Shown here piece by piece: positions 18,548-28,542 of a stretch of DNA of 64,000 nucleotides (within the stretch, counting starts at the first letter, position 1; the number at the start of each line of letters is the position of its first letter). The stretch is from a candidate division WWE3 bacterium. Its GTDB lineage: Bacteria; Patescibacteriota; WWE3; UBA101185; UBA10185. A program made the translations under genes and the position numbers. Below the pieces are notes generated by a model. That model was given only the letters and a program-made list of their open reading frames with translations, did not search any database and was not told the origin of the DNA. The stretch is taken from the NCBI GenBank assembly GCA_016182565.1, contig JACPGI010000003.1, positions 5,280-69,279 of the forward strand, given 5' to 3'.

Positions 18548-18583
18548 TTGACACTTTTAGCACTCGTGTGATAATAGTGATAT
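18548..18583 (+). promoter_or_regulatory. Promoter (TTGACA-N17-ATAATA) overlapping a CIRCE-like HrcA operator (TTAGCACTC-N9-TAGTGATAT)
   Basis: The left half is a perfect CIRCE half-site and the right half matches 6 of 9. It lies immediately upstream of the hrcA ATG. Confidence 0.5.
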
Positions 18584-18584
18584 T

Positions 18585-19316
18585 ATGGAATTTGGACTTA
18601 CTGATCGTCAAATAAAACTTCTAGAATCAATCATCAGAGAATATTCTGAGTCCAGTGAGCCTGTTGGTTCTAAGACTATAGTCAAGAAATACTCTCTCAA
18701 AGTTTCCCCCGCTACCGTACGAAATGAAATGGCAGCCCTTCTTGAGGATGGCTTTCTAGAAATGATGCACACCTCCTCCGGTAGAATTCCTACTTCCCAA
18801 GCTTTCAGATATTTTATTGAAGAACTAATGCATGAGGATGATTTACCAGTTTTACAAGAGGTTGCTTATAAACAGCGTCTTTGGCCACACCGTTTTGAAT
18901 TTGAAAAAATGCTTCGCCAAGCAGTACTTTCACTTGCCGATTCTACTGGCTATATGTCTTTAGCTTTGACCGACGAGGGTTTTATTACATACGCCGGTGC
19001 TCACTCACTTCTTGAAAGTTCAGAATTCTGGGACATTGAAGTCATGAAATCAACCCTTGCCCTTATGGACAAATTTGATATGTTGGATAAAATCTTTAAA
19101 GATTTAACAAAAAGTAATGATGTGAATGTAATTATTGGTGAAGAACTGGCATTACCGAAACTTAACCATTGTTCTTTAGTTTTTGCACCATTCCGTACTC
19201 AAAAGAAATCCGGATATATCTCTATGTTTGGACCCTCAAGGATGAATTACCAGCTAGTAGTACCCGCCATAAGGTACTCTAGAAATCTTATTGAAGAACT
19301 CTCCGGTTCTTGGTAA
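18585..19316 (+). CDS. hrcA: Heat-inducible transcription repressor HrcA (compact)
   Basis: EPVGSKT...SPATVRNEMAALLE...HTSSGRIPT N-terminal winged-helix motifs. Confidence 0.85.
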   Translation: MEFGLTDRQIKLLESIIREYSESSEPVGSKTIVKKYSLKVSPATVRNEMAALLEDGFLEMMHTSSGRIPTSQAFRYFIEELMHEDDLPVLQEVAYKQRLWPHRFEFEKMLRQAVLSLADSTGYMSLALTDEGFITYAGAHSLLESSEFWDIEVMKSTLALMDKFDMLDKIFKDLTKSNDVNVIIGEELALPKLNHCSLVFAPFRTQKKSGYISMFGPSRMNYQLVVPAIRYSRNLIEELSGSW

Positions 19317-19375
19317 TTCACAAATATATGCAAAATATAGATAGTAAAAAGTTTAAATAAAACGGACCAAAAAAT

Positions 19376-19828
19376 ATGAAAACGAAAAAACAAGATGACC
19401 AAAACGATCAAGATAGAATCACTGATCTGGAAAATAATTGGAAGCGCGCTCTTGCCGATTATAAAAATTTGGAAAAAAGAACATTTGAAGAAAAAGAAGC
19501 AATTATTACATTTGCAAACTCGGTTTTGATTTTAAGAATTTTGCCGGTTCTTGATAATCTTAAAACTTTGCAGAAACACTTTGATGATCCAAGCCTTAAA
19601 ATGATAATCAAAGAATTTGAAAAGATATTAAAAGAAGAACAAATCGAGGAAATAAATGCACTTGGCCAAACATTTGATCACACTACAATGGATGCAATAG
19701 AAAGTATTGAGTGTGAGGCAGATGACGAGGGCAAAGTAGTAGAAGTTCTTCAAACAGGTTATACGTTAAAAAATAAAGTTCTCCGACCAGCTCGTGTAAA
19801 AGTTGGCGGACAAAGAAAGGTAAATTAA
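19376..19828 (+). CDS. grpE: Nucleotide exchange factor GrpE
   Basis: Size, coiled-coil N-terminus and position between hrcA and dnaK. Confidence 0.8.
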   Translation: MKTKKQDDQNDQDRITDLENNWKRALADYKNLEKRTFEEKEAIITFANSVLILRILPVLDNLKTLQKHFDDPSLKMIIKEFEKILKEEQIEEINALGQTFDHTTMDAIESIECEADDEGKVVEVLQTGYTLKNKVLRPARVKVGGQRKVN

Positions 19829-19829
19829 T

Positions 19830-21773
19830 ATGGGTAAAATCATAGGTATAGATTTAGGTACTACAAATAGTTGTGTTGCTGTCATGGAAAGTGGTCAGCC
19901 AAAAGTAATTCCAAATTTGGAGGGTGCAAACACCACCCCATCAATTGTTGCTTTTAATACAAGTGGCGATTCTGTGGGAGTTTCTGCAAAAAGACAACAA
20001 GTAGTAAATCCAAAAAACACAGTATTTTCTGTAAAAAGGCTTATTGGAATGAGATTTGATTCACCTGAAGTTCAAAAACTTAAAAAAGATTATCCATACA
20101 CTATTGTTGAGGGTAAAAATGGAATGGCCGGCGTAGAAATAGATGGTAAAGTTTTAACTGCACAAGAAATCTCCGCAAAAATACTGCAAAAGCTAAAAGC
20201 TGATGCCGAAAAATTTTTAGGCCAAACTATAACTGAGGCTGTTATCACTGTTCCTGCCTATTTTAATGATTCACAAAGAACAGCCACAAAAGAAGCGGGT
20301 CAAATAGCAGGCCTCGATGTCAAAAGAATTATTAATGAACCTACAGCTGCAGCGCTTGCATACGGTCTTGATAAAAAGAAAAACGAAAAAATAGTAGTTT
20401 ATGATCTTGGCGGAGGTACATTTGATGTTTCAGTTCTTGAAATAGGAGACGGGGTTTTTGAAGTGAAATCTACAAATGGGGACACTCACTTAGGCGGAGA
20501 TGATTTTGATCAAGCGGTTATAAATTGGCTGGTTGATACTTTTAAGGCTGAACAGGGAATTGATCTTAAAAATGATCGACAAGCAATGCAAAGACTCAAA
20601 GACGCTGCTGAAAAAGCAAAGATCGAACTTTCAAGTACAGCAGAAACCGAAATAAGCATCCCATTTATTACAGCTGATCAATCTGGACCAAAGCATTTAA
20701 ATATTCATCTAAGTCGTGCAAAGCTTGAGCAACTTACTGATGATTTATTGCAAAGAACAATAAAACCCATCGAAAATGCGCTAAAAGATGCAGGTCTTAC
20801 CAAAACCGACATAAACGAAATAATTATGGTTGGTGGTATGACTCGTATGCCAAAGGTAAATGAACTTGTAAAAGAATACTTTGGTAAAGATCTCCACAAA
20901 GGTATAAATCCTGATGAGGTAGTCGCTGTAGGTGCTGCTATTCAGGGTGGAGTATTGGGCGGTGACGTCAAAGATGTACTTCTTCTTGATGTGACACCAT
21001 TGACACTTGGTCTTGAGACTTTAGGTGGCGTAAGTACCCCACTTATTAAAAGAAATACAACTATCCCAACATCAGCTTCTCAGGTATTTAGTACCGCTGC
21101 TGATAATCAGACAATGGTTGAAATAAATGTTTTGCAGGGTGAGAGAGAAATGGCAGCTGATAACAAATCTTTAGGAAGGTTTGTTTTAGATAGTATTGCA
21201 CCAGCTCCAAGAGGTGTTCCGCAGGTTGAAGTTAAATTTGATATAGATGCAAACGGGATAATTCATGTGTCAGCAAAAGATAAAGCAAGTAACAAAGAGC
21301 AAAAAATAACAATTCAAGGTGGTACCGGACTTGCCAAAGAGGAAGTCGAAAAGATGGTACGTGATGCTGAGGCAAGTGCAAGCGAGGATAAGAAGAAAAA
21401 GGAAGCTGCTGAAATCAAAAACGGTGCTGATACCATGTGCTATACCGCTGAAAAAGCTTTAAGAGATGGTGGTGATAAAGTACCAGCAGATGTGAAAACT
21501 GAGGTTGAGGCAAAAGTTAAGGCGGTAAAAGATATTTTACAGACGGCAACTGTTGATGAGCTAAAACAAAAAACTCAAGATTTAAGTGTAGCAATGCAAA
21601 AAATAGGTACTGCTATGTATGGCCAAGCTGGAGCAACAGGTGCAGATGGTGCACAAGCTGCTGGACCTGAAGGTGGAAGCGCAAACAATGGTACTGATGG
21701 CAATCCAGATGATAAAGATGGCAAAGAGAAACCAGGCAAAGATGCTGTTGAAGGTGAAGTTGTAGAGAACTAA
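19830..21773 (+). CDS. dnaK: Chaperone DnaK (Hsp70)
   Basis: [18 protein letters not shown] and the rest of the Hsp70 signature set. Confidence 0.95.
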   Translation: MGKIIGIDLGTTNSCVAVMESGQPKVIPNLEGANTTPSIVAFNTSGDSVGVSAKRQQVVNPKNTVFSVKRLIGMRFDSPEVQKLKKDYPYTIVEGKNGMAGVEIDGKVLTAQEISAKILQKLKADAEKFLGQTITEAVITVPAYFNDSQRTATKEAGQIAGLDVKRIINEPTAAALAYGLDKKKNEKIVVYDLGGGTFDVSVLEIGDGVFEVKSTNGDTHLGGDDFDQAVINWLVDTFKAEQGIDLKNDRQAMQRLKDAAEKAKIELSSTAETEISIPFITADQSGPKHLNIHLSRAKLEQLTDDLLQRTIKPIENALKDAGLTKTDINEIIMVGGMTRMPKVNELVKEYFGKDLHKGINPDEVVAVGAAIQGGVLGGDVKDVLLLDVTPLTLGLETLGGVSTPLIKRNTTIPTSASQVFSTAADNQTMVEINVLQGEREMAADNKSLGRFVLDSIAPAPRGVPQVEVKFDIDANGIIHVSAKDKASNKEQKITIQGGTGLAKEEVEKMVRDAEASASEDKKKKEAAEIKNGADTMCYTAEKALRDGGDKVPADVKTEVEAKVKAVKDILQTATVDELKQKTQDLSVAMQKIGTAMYGQAGATGADGAQAAGPEGGSANNGTDGNPDDKDGKEKPGKDAVEGEVVEN

Positions 21774-21798
21774 AGAAAAAACTAGTTAGAGAATTGAT

Positions 21799-22758
21799 GT
21801 GGACAACAAAAGAGATTATTACGACATTTTGGGCTTAAATAAAACTTCCTCCGCCGATGAAATAAAATCGGCGTATAGGAAGATGGCAAGAGAACATCAT
21901 CCTGACATGGTGAACGAAAAAGAAAAACCTGGGGCCGAAAAAAGGTTCAAAGAGTTAAATGAAGCCTACCAAGTTTTAAGTGATCCTGATAAAAGGAGAA
22001 TGTATGATCAATTTGGTCATGCTTCTTTTGGTGGTGGTGCCGGAGGTGGCTCTGGAGGACAAAATCCTTTTGGAGGGGGTTTTGGTGGTGGGAATACCGG
22101 CCAATGGGGCCCATTTAGTTATTCTTATAGTTCAAGCGATGGTGGAGCAAGTGGAGCTGGCTTTGATTTTGATCCCTTTGATATTTTTGAGAGTGCTTTT
22201 GGCTTTAGAGGTTTTGGAGGTGCAAGAAAACCTAAAAAAGGTAAAAATCTCTATTACGAGATGGCAATAGATTTTGTGGATGCTGTAAAAGGAAGCGAAA
22301 AAGAAGTAAATGTGGAAGGTGGTAAGCTAACTATAAAAATTCCAGCAGGTGCAAGAGACGGCATAGAACTAAGATATCCAGAAAAAGGTGCCAAAGGGCC
22401 TGATGGTGTGCCAAACGGCGATTTATATATAAGTTTACGCGTGAAAACTCCCAAACAATTTGAAAGATATGGTGATGATTTAGCTACTCGCGTAGAAGTG
22501 AGTTTTGCACAAGCAGCTTTAGGCGATGTAATAGATGTAGAAGTTATTGATATAAATTCCCTGGATGGACTAGGTAAAGTAAAAATGAAAGTTCCAGCGG
22601 GAACTCAGCCAGCCTCTTACATAAAATTAAAAGGCAAAGGTATGCCAAGACTTCAAAGGTCAGGTCAAGGGGACGTAATTGTAAAAGTTGATATCAAAAT
22701 ACCCACAAGACTAAATAGAACCCAAAAAGATTTACTGGAAAAATATCAGAAGGCTTAA
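21799..22758 (+). CDS. dnaJ: DnaJ-family co-chaperone (J domain + G/F region + C-terminal domains, no CxxCxGxG zinc finger)
   Basis: DYYDILGL, HPD and a G/F-rich linker. It starts with GTG and resembles type II (CbpA-like) J-proteins. Confidence 0.8.
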   Translation: MDNKRDYYDILGLNKTSSADEIKSAYRKMAREHHPDMVNEKEKPGAEKRFKELNEAYQVLSDPDKRRMYDQFGHASFGGGAGGGSGGQNPFGGGFGGGNTGQWGPFSYSYSSSDGGASGAGFDFDPFDIFESAFGFRGFGGARKPKKGKNLYYEMAIDFVDAVKGSEKEVNVEGGKLTIKIPAGARDGIELRYPEKGAKGPDGVPNGDLYISLRVKTPKQFERYGDDLATRVEVSFAQAALGDVIDVEVIDINSLDGLGKVKMKVPAGTQPASYIKLKGKGMPRLQRSGQGDVIVKVDIKIPTRLNRTQKDLLEKYQKA

Positions 22759-22767
22759 AAACTTCAA

Positions 22768-22810
22768 AAGGTCATCTAAGCTTAGCCAAGACGACCTTCG
22801 ATTTGTTTTT
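22768..22810. terminator. Bidirectional terminator between dnaJ (+) and a minus-strand gene
   Basis: AAGGTC/GACCTT stem around a CTAAGCTTAG palindrome, with T-runs on both sides. Confidence 0.45.
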
Positions 22811-22820
22811 AATTTAGTTT

Positions 22821-23069
22821 TTAACAAACGCTTATTGTTTCGAATGCTTTCATTAATCGCATGTATCTAATTAATTCATCTTCTACACGTTTTTTATCTG
22901 GCGCTTTTACAAAAAGCTGCATTTCGTGAACTTTCAAGAATGAATCATTTCCATTTATTGTCACCAATCCAGAGTCTGAATGAAAGTTTCTGACCAGGTT
23001 TTCATGTAAAGCATGGCAGGAAAACCCGTCTTTTAAGACTGCAATAACCTTGAACCTTTCCATGCTCAC
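22821..23069 (-). CDS. Hypothetical small protein (about 80 aa)
   Basis: An ORF with no recognisable motif. It lies between dnaJ and nusA on the opposite strand. Confidence 0.35.
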   Translation of the reverse strand: MSMERFKVIAVLKDGFSCHALHENLVRNFHSDSGLVTINGNDSFLKVHEMQLFVKAPDKKRVEDELIRYMRLMKAFETISVC

Positions 23070-23217
23070 CTTCTTTTGATTTGTTTTGGTGGGATTTTAG
23101 CACACTAAGGCTTTAAAGTTTTATTTTTATGCTTAAGCTAGGTGCAAATCACTTTCTTGACCCCACGTTTTGCCTGTGGTAACCTAACGTTGTTAGTTTA
23201 TATAGTTATAAGTATTT

Positions 23218-23241
23218 GGTGGGTTTTGGCCCACCTTTTTT
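23218..23241 (+). terminator. Intrinsic terminator-like hairpin (GGTGGG-ttttgg-CCCACC + T6) in the nusA leader
   Basis: GC stem followed by TTTTTT, 15 nt upstream of the nusA ATG and abutting its RBS GAAGGAAAA. Confidence 0.5.
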
Positions 23242-23255
23242 GAAGGAAAACAAAA

Positions 23256-24398
23256 ATGGCCGTATCTGAATTTAGTGCTGCATTAAAACAGGTTGCCGTA
23301 GAAAGAGGCATTCCTGAGGAAAGTATATTAGAAACAATAAGAGTTGCTATTGCATCTGCATATCGTAAAGATTATGGAACAGATGTTGATAGTGTCGAGG
23401 TTATTTTAAATCCAGAAACCGGTGAGACAAGGATTTTTAATGAAGCTAAAAAAGATGTTACTCCCCCAGGTTTTGGAAGAATTGCGGCCCAAACAGCGAA
23501 GCAAGTTATATTACAAAAAATAAGAGAAACAGAAAAAGAGGTTATTTTAGATGAATATAAAGGTAAAGTTGGGCAAATAGTTCTTGGCACTATTTTTAGA
23601 GTTGAAAATGGTGTTGTCGTTTTGGACTTAGGTCGTGCTCAAGGAGTGTTACCACAATCAGAACAAGTAGATAATGATGATTACAGATCCGGTCAGAAAT
23701 TAAAAGTATTAGTCAAAGATATTAGAGAAAATTCAAGGGGAACAGAGATTATAGTAAGTCGTGCCGATTCCAAATTTTTGACAAGACTTTTTGAACAAGA
23801 GGTACCAGAAATAGCCTCAGGTGTAGTAACTATCGAAGCTATTGCAAGAGAGGCTGGTTCTAGGACTAAAATGGCTGTTTTATCAACTGATGACAAAATC
23901 GATCCAGTAGGAAGTTGTGTTGGTCAAAAGGGTGTAAGGGTCCAAGCTATAATTTCAGAGATTCATGGTGAAAAAATAGATATTGTTCCTTTTTCAACAA
24001 GTATCGATAAATTTATTGCTGCATCTCTCTCACCTGCAAAAGTTACTGAAGTTGAAATAAATACTGAGGCTAAAGAGGCAAAAGTTTCCGTACCTGAAGA
24101 TCAATTAAGTTTAGCAATAGGTAAAGATGGACAAAACGTGAGACTTGCCGCAAAACTTACACGTTGGAGAATAGACATCAAAGGTGCCACTGGAGTATTT
24201 GCTTCTGATGGCGCCGGATTTGCTACAAGTGGAAGATCAGAAGAGGCGGTTGTTGGGGTATGGGACGCTGCTATTAAAGCTGCAAAGAAAATGGAAGATG
24301 AAGCCAAGCAGGTTAAGATTGATGCTGAGAATGAAGAAAAAACTGAAGAAGCTCCTGAAGTTACCACTGTAGAATCAACTGATTCGCAGGTAAACTAA
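23256..24398 (+). CDS. nusA: Transcription termination/antitermination factor NusA
   Basis: N-terminal domain, S1 and KH domain layout. Confidence 0.9.
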   Translation: MAVSEFSAALKQVAVERGIPEESILETIRVAIASAYRKDYGTDVDSVEVILNPETGETRIFNEAKKDVTPPGFGRIAAQTAKQVILQKIRETEKEVILDEYKGKVGQIVLGTIFRVENGVVVLDLGRAQGVLPQSEQVDNDDYRSGQKLKVLVKDIRENSRGTEIIVSRADSKFLTRLFEQEVPEIASGVVTIEAIAREAGSRTKMAVLSTDDKIDPVGSCVGQKGVRVQAIISEIHGEKIDIVPFSTSIDKFIAASLSPAKVTEVEINTEAKEAKVSVPEDQLSLAIGKDGQNVRLAAKLTRWRIDIKGATGVFASDGAGFATSGRSEEAVVGVWDAAIKAAKKMEDEAKQVKIDAENEEKTEEAPEVTTVESTDSQVN

Positions 24399-24419
24399 TA
24401 TGCGAGGAAAGAATAGTGA

Positions 24420-25916
24420 ATGCCAAGTAAAAAAACAGAAACACATGAATCAAAAAAGCTTTCTCGTGCACCCATTGTCACAATCATGGGTCACGTTGAC
24501 CATGGCAAAACTAGTCTTCTTGATGCAATAAGAAAAACAAATGTACAGAGTCGTGAGTATGGTGGAATTACTCAACATATCGGTGCATACCAGATAATTC
24601 ATAAAGGAAATCCTATTACATTTATAGATACACCGGGGCATGCGGCGTTCACTCAGATGCGTGCACGCGGTGGAAGAGTTGCTGACATTGTAGTCTTAGT
24701 TGTCGCGGCAGATGATGGAGTTCAACCTCAAACAGTTGAAGCTATTTCACACGCAAAAGCGGCATCAACTCCAATGATTGTTGCTATTAATAAAATAGAT
24801 AGTGATGGTGCTGATATTAATAAAGTTAAACAAATGCTTTCTCAAGAAAACGTGCTTGTAGAAGATTGGGGTGGCGAAGTTATTGTTGTTGAAACTTCTG
24901 CTATAAAAGGAACAGGTCTTGAAAAACTTCTCGATGCAATTTTGGCACTTGCTGAAGTTTTGGATATTAAGGGTGATAGCTCTCAAGAACTAGAGGCTAT
25001 GATTATTGAAGCTAAAAAAGATAGCAAAAGGGGAGTTTCAGTTTCTGCAATTATTAGAAATGGGACTTTAAAGATAGGGGACGAGGTAAATGCTGGGGGA
25101 CTTAATGCAAAAATTAAATCTATGGTAAATGATAAAGGTGAGGCGCTTAAAACAGCTTTGCCTTCAACACCAATTGAAATCCTTGGTTTTAGTGAAGTTC
25201 CTCATGTGGGTGATTTGATAGTAGAAAAGGGAAGTGAACTAGCAGAGTTATCAAAGGATGAGTTTAGGGTAGAAACTGTAGGCAGAAATACAAAAAGGAC
25301 TGTAGGAATTATTATCCGAGCTGATACCCAAGGAACTCTGGAGGCAGTAAAGGCAAGTCTTGCAAAGCTTGTGAGTGAAAATGTAAATGCAGAATTTTCT
25401 TTGAAATTTTTGCTCGAGTCCACCGGAAGCCCTACTGATTCTGACGTTTTGTTAGCTTCAAGTGCAAAAGGTTTGATTGTCGGTTTTAACGTAAAAATTC
25501 CCACCTCTGTTGAAGAACTTGCCCTTGAGAAAAAAGTATCAGTAAAAGCTTACCGCACAATTTATGACTTGATTGATGAGGTTAAGGATGTATTGATTGA
25601 TGCTGCATTCGATGAGGAAGCAAAGATAAAAGGTAGAGCCAAAGTTAATAAGATTTTTAAACTTCCATCTGGCGATATTATTGCAGGTTGTTTAGTTTTA
25701 GCCGGTGCTTTAAAAGATACTTCAAGAGTTTCTATTTATGAAAAAGATCCAGCTGATTTATTAAAGACGGATGTTGCTTTGTACAATGGCAATATCAAAA
25801 AACTAAAAAAACAAAAAGATGAGGTGGCAATAGTCGGTAAAGATAATGAGTGTGGTGTGTTACTAAAACCACAATTTGATGATATTGCAGAAGGTATGTT
25901 TATTGAGGTTAGATAG
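24420..25916 (+). CDS. infB: Translation initiation factor IF-2 (compact, lacks long N-terminal region)
   Basis: GHVDHGKT and DTPGH. It is 498 aa. Confidence 0.9.
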   Translation: MPSKKTETHESKKLSRAPIVTIMGHVDHGKTSLLDAIRKTNVQSREYGGITQHIGAYQIIHKGNPITFIDTPGHAAFTQMRARGGRVADIVVLVVAADDGVQPQTVEAISHAKAASTPMIVAINKIDSDGADINKVKQMLSQENVLVEDWGGEVIVVETSAIKGTGLEKLLDAILALAEVLDIKGDSSQELEAMIIEAKKDSKRGVSVSAIIRNGTLKIGDEVNAGGLNAKIKSMVNDKGEALKTALPSTPIEILGFSEVPHVGDLIVEKGSELAELSKDEFRVETVGRNTKRTVGIIIRADTQGTLEAVKASLAKLVSENVNAEFSLKFLLESTGSPTDSDVLLASSAKGLIVGFNVKIPTSVEELALEKKVSVKAYRTIYDLIDEVKDVLIDAAFDEEAKIKGRAKVNKIFKLPSGDIIAGCLVLAGALKDTSRVSIYEKDPADLLKTDVALYNGNIKKLKKQKDEVAIVGKDNECGVLLKPQFDDIAEGMFIEVR

Positions 25917-25968
25917 AATTATTAACTTATATTAACGATCTTTTCCGCCTCTAGAACCTAGCAAAACT

Positions 25969-27324
25969 CTATTTTAATTTGTTTCTTATACTACTTATCT
26001 GTTTTTTTATACTCTCCTCCGATTTTCCTATAAATAACACTGCCAAAATGTTACAAGCTAATAAATCTGGATTCGCAAGTATCATTCCGTAACCTTTTTG
26101 TTTTGTGTAAAGTTCTTTATCAAAAAGTTTATAAGCTTGTGCTGGCGTTAACTTTTTTGAGCCCTCAAGTTTAATGTCTTGAATGTTTACAAAATATTTT
26201 GTCGAGTAGTTTTTACCAAGAAGTGCTTTGCAAAATTCATGGGCGTGAGTGCCACCGGTACGTCTTAAATTTGCCTCTATCGCATAAAGTTTGTTTGTTT
26301 TTGACACTACAAGATCCATATCAAATACGCCTTTATACCCATATTCTGCAAGTTTTTTGCCTATTTTTTTTGCAGCAGCAAAAGCTATTTTGATGTGTTT
26401 ACTCTTGTCCACATTTTTGTTCATACCTACACCCATAAACGTTTTTTTGTCCTCGGCTATGATTTGTTCACACGCATACTCATTTATGACTTTTCCGTTT
26501 TCATCAATTCGCATCTCTACATTCGGAGATCCCCCCAGTTTTGTGGTATCGGTATCTACCTTTTCTTCTACCACAAGACATGCTGAATGCCACATTTCCC
26601 CATCTAAGTCTTTTCTAATTTGTTTGGAAAATGCCTCCTTGTTTTTTGGTAATTTACTTTGAGACATAAAGATAACCCCTATGCCCTGAACACCACGGTT
26701 ATATTTGATAACAAAGTTTTTCTTTTGTCCCATAAACCACCAAGCTGCCTCAATTGCTTCCTCTAAGTTTTCAACAATAAATCCTTCAGGAAGATGAATT
26801 GGAAGTTTTGGATCTTTTACCATTTCCCATAAGTGTCTAAAACCTCTTTTAGAGTGAAAGTAAGTTTCGATAAATTTTTTACCTTTTGGAAAAGTTTCAG
26901 GCAAGGTAAATTTAAGCTTTTTACTCTTTAGAAAATCAACTAGATCATAAAATTCATCTGTCTGGCGGTAAGGGATAATTTGTATATTTGGATTATTTTT
27001 TATTATTTCTATGAATTTTGTACTAAGTGTCTTATCTTTGATTAAATCTAGTGAAATTGTATTTCCTAATTTCTTTGGAAAAAGGTTTATAACATTTTTC
27101 CAACCTGCTAGTTTTTTTAGAGTTTCAAAGTGTTTAGAGTCTATTTCTATAGGTGTAATAATTACTTTATCATCGCCGCCGTATAAGATAGATCTGTTGT
27201 TATCTAGAGCATCATATTTGGTCCAGAATTCCATTTCATCTTTGGGAAGTTTTTGATGACCCTTGTAATAAGACTCTAAGATATTTCCAATATAGATTTG
27301 CTTTAACTTTATAGTTTTTGCCAT
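25969..27324 (-). CDS. ATP-grasp fold enzyme (carboxylate-amine ligase-like), function unknown
   Basis: C-terminal GVFDMDLVVSKTNKLYAIEANLRRTGGTH ATP-grasp motif with a pre-ATP-grasp N-domain. It is an orphan gene convergent with infB. Confidence 0.55.
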   Translation of the reverse strand: MAKTIKLKQIYIGNILESYYKGHQKLPKDEMEFWTKYDALDNNRSILYGGDDKVIITPIEIDSKHFETLKKLAGWKNVINLFPKKLGNTISLDLIKDKTLSTKFIEIIKNNPNIQIIPYRQTDEFYDLVDFLKSKKLKFTLPETFPKGKKFIETYFHSKRGFRHLWEMVKDPKLPIHLPEGFIVENLEEAIEAAWWFMGQKKNFVIKYNRGVQGIGVIFMSQSKLPKNKEAFSKQIRKDLDGEMWHSACLVVEEKVDTDTTKLGGSPNVEMRIDENGKVINEYACEQIIAEDKKTFMGVGMNKNVDKSKHIKIAFAAAKKIGKKLAEYGYKGVFDMDLVVSKTNKLYAIEANLRRTGGTHAHEFCKALLGKNYSTKYFVNIQDIKLEGSKKLTPAQAYKLFDKELYTKQKGYGMILANPDLLACNILAVLFIGKSEESIKKQISSIRNKLK

Positions 27325-27451
27325 TAGGAGAATTTAGCATAGATTCGGGGCTTGGTCAGTAGGATTAGTGGATTGTGCGTGTTATTTATAGATAATAAGC
27401 AAATTTCGAGATTTTAAACATACCTATAGTATAATGAGATTGGAGGTAACA

Positions 27452-27895
27452 ATGAAAAAAATCCCAAGAAGACCATTGTTGACGTTGACTGTTTTAATTA
27501 TCCTGCTATCAGGAGCGTTCCTGATCCACCCCTTTAATCCCGGATACCATGGGGCAAAAGCTGTTGGACCTGCCGAGAGCTGGCAGGAGTTGGTTACAAG
27601 AAGCACCGGGCGGATTGTGCTTCAGAGCCTGCAGAGCAGCCTGCTTGGACCTTCCGGTCGTCAAGATGAAGATGGCTGGATTGTTGTATCATCAGATCTC
27701 TCTGAGGTTCTTGCCGCAATTCCACATGATGTTTTGACCCTACACCTGTCCTGCTTTGGGATAGATGCGAGTAATATTGAAATGAGTGGGGATATTCAGT
27801 TGCTTCAGGCCTTTGCCTCTCTCTGCAGCGAACATTTTTATGTGCTGTATGAGCGACTTCCAGCAAATGAGCGAGTTTCACCAGAACAGGGTTAA
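27452..27895 (+). CDS. Hypothetical secreted protein, strongly GC-rich
   Basis: Signal peptide MKKIPRRPLLTLTVLIILLSGAFLI and GGAGG RBS. GC is far above the genome background. Confidence 0.5.
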   Translation: MKKIPRRPLLTLTVLIILLSGAFLIHPFNPGYHGAKAVGPAESWQELVTRSTGRIVLQSLQSSLLGPSGRQDEDGWIVVSSDLSEVLAAIPHDVLTLHLSCFGIDASNIEMSGDIQLLQAFASLCSEHFYVLYERLPANERVSPEQG

Positions 27896-27900
27896 AGCTA

Positions 27901-27939
27901 TTTAGAGCGAAAGCAATGAAATTCTGCTTTCGCTCTAAA
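27901..27939. terminator. 15-bp perfect hairpin after the GC-rich ORF
   Basis: TTTAGAGCGAAAGCA / TGCTTTCGCTCTAAA arms with a 9-nt loop. Confidence 0.45.
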
Positions 27940-27992
27940 ATTCTAAGAATAAGAACTCCCCTAAGACTTTAAATTATTACCCTATTTCCAAT

Positions 27993-28021
27993 TTGACTTT
28001 CCGATACATATATCCTATAGT
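27993..28021 (+). promoter_or_regulatory. Sigma70-like promoter TTGACT-N17-TATAGT placed for a leaderless transcript
   Basis: Consensus -35, 17-nt spacer and a good -10. The ATG at 28028 lies about 7 nt downstream and there is no RBS. Confidence 0.4.
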
Positions 28022-28027
28022 TACAAT

Positions 28028-28261
28028 ATGCATAGCATGGTTGTGATGATCTCATACAGCCCCGGCCCTGAATCTCAGGAAACCCCTCGGAACAGGCCAA
28101 ATTGCTGGCTAGTGGACGGGATACAAACCCGCCCATCGTTTATTTTATTTCTGCTTACCTTTTTTGCGTGTATTACAGGCGTTAGCGCAGGAGAACAGAT
28201 CCTGGCAGCCCCGGTTGGTAACTCCGGTTGTCGCCAATTATGCGCTCTAGGAGCAGATTGA
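28028..28261 (+). CDS. Hypothetical small membrane protein (77 aa), GC-rich
   Basis: An ORF with a hydrophobic core (SFILFLLTFFACITGVSAG) directly after a promoter-like motif. Confidence 0.3.
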   Translation: MHSMVVMISYSPGPESQETPRNRPNCWLVDGIQTRPSFILFLLTFFACITGVSAGEQILAAPVGNSGCRQLCALGAD

Positions 28262-28499
28262 AATGGCCGATGAAAAGAGCCAGATGTATTAAATCATTTT
28301 AAGTGGCCGGACTTCGTGTCTGCCCCAATGGTTTGAACCGACTGTGATGATGTCTCCCCCTGAGACATTAGAAGAGGTCGATGAGTATCTTAGAGCAATT
28401 AATCCACTCTGGGGATTAATTTTTTCTAATAAATATTGTGTTTGAGAACGACACATACTCGGACTTTCGGAAAACACAGTCGGTCACCACACAAATTAA

Positions 28500-28542
28500 C
28501 GAGTCTCTTTTTGTTTACACGAAAGAGACTCGATTTGTTTTT
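28500..28542 (+). terminator. Strong intrinsic terminator closing the GC-rich islet
   Basis: CGAGTCTCTTT / AAAGAGACTCG 11-bp stem followed by ATTTGTTTTT. Confidence 0.6.

Noticed and set aside
27434-27451. Upstream ATG (MRLEVT...) as the start of the GC-rich ORF
   Set aside because: The sequence ATGAGATTGGAGGTAACAATG shows the first ATG is part of the RBS context. GGAGG precedes the second ATG at 27452.
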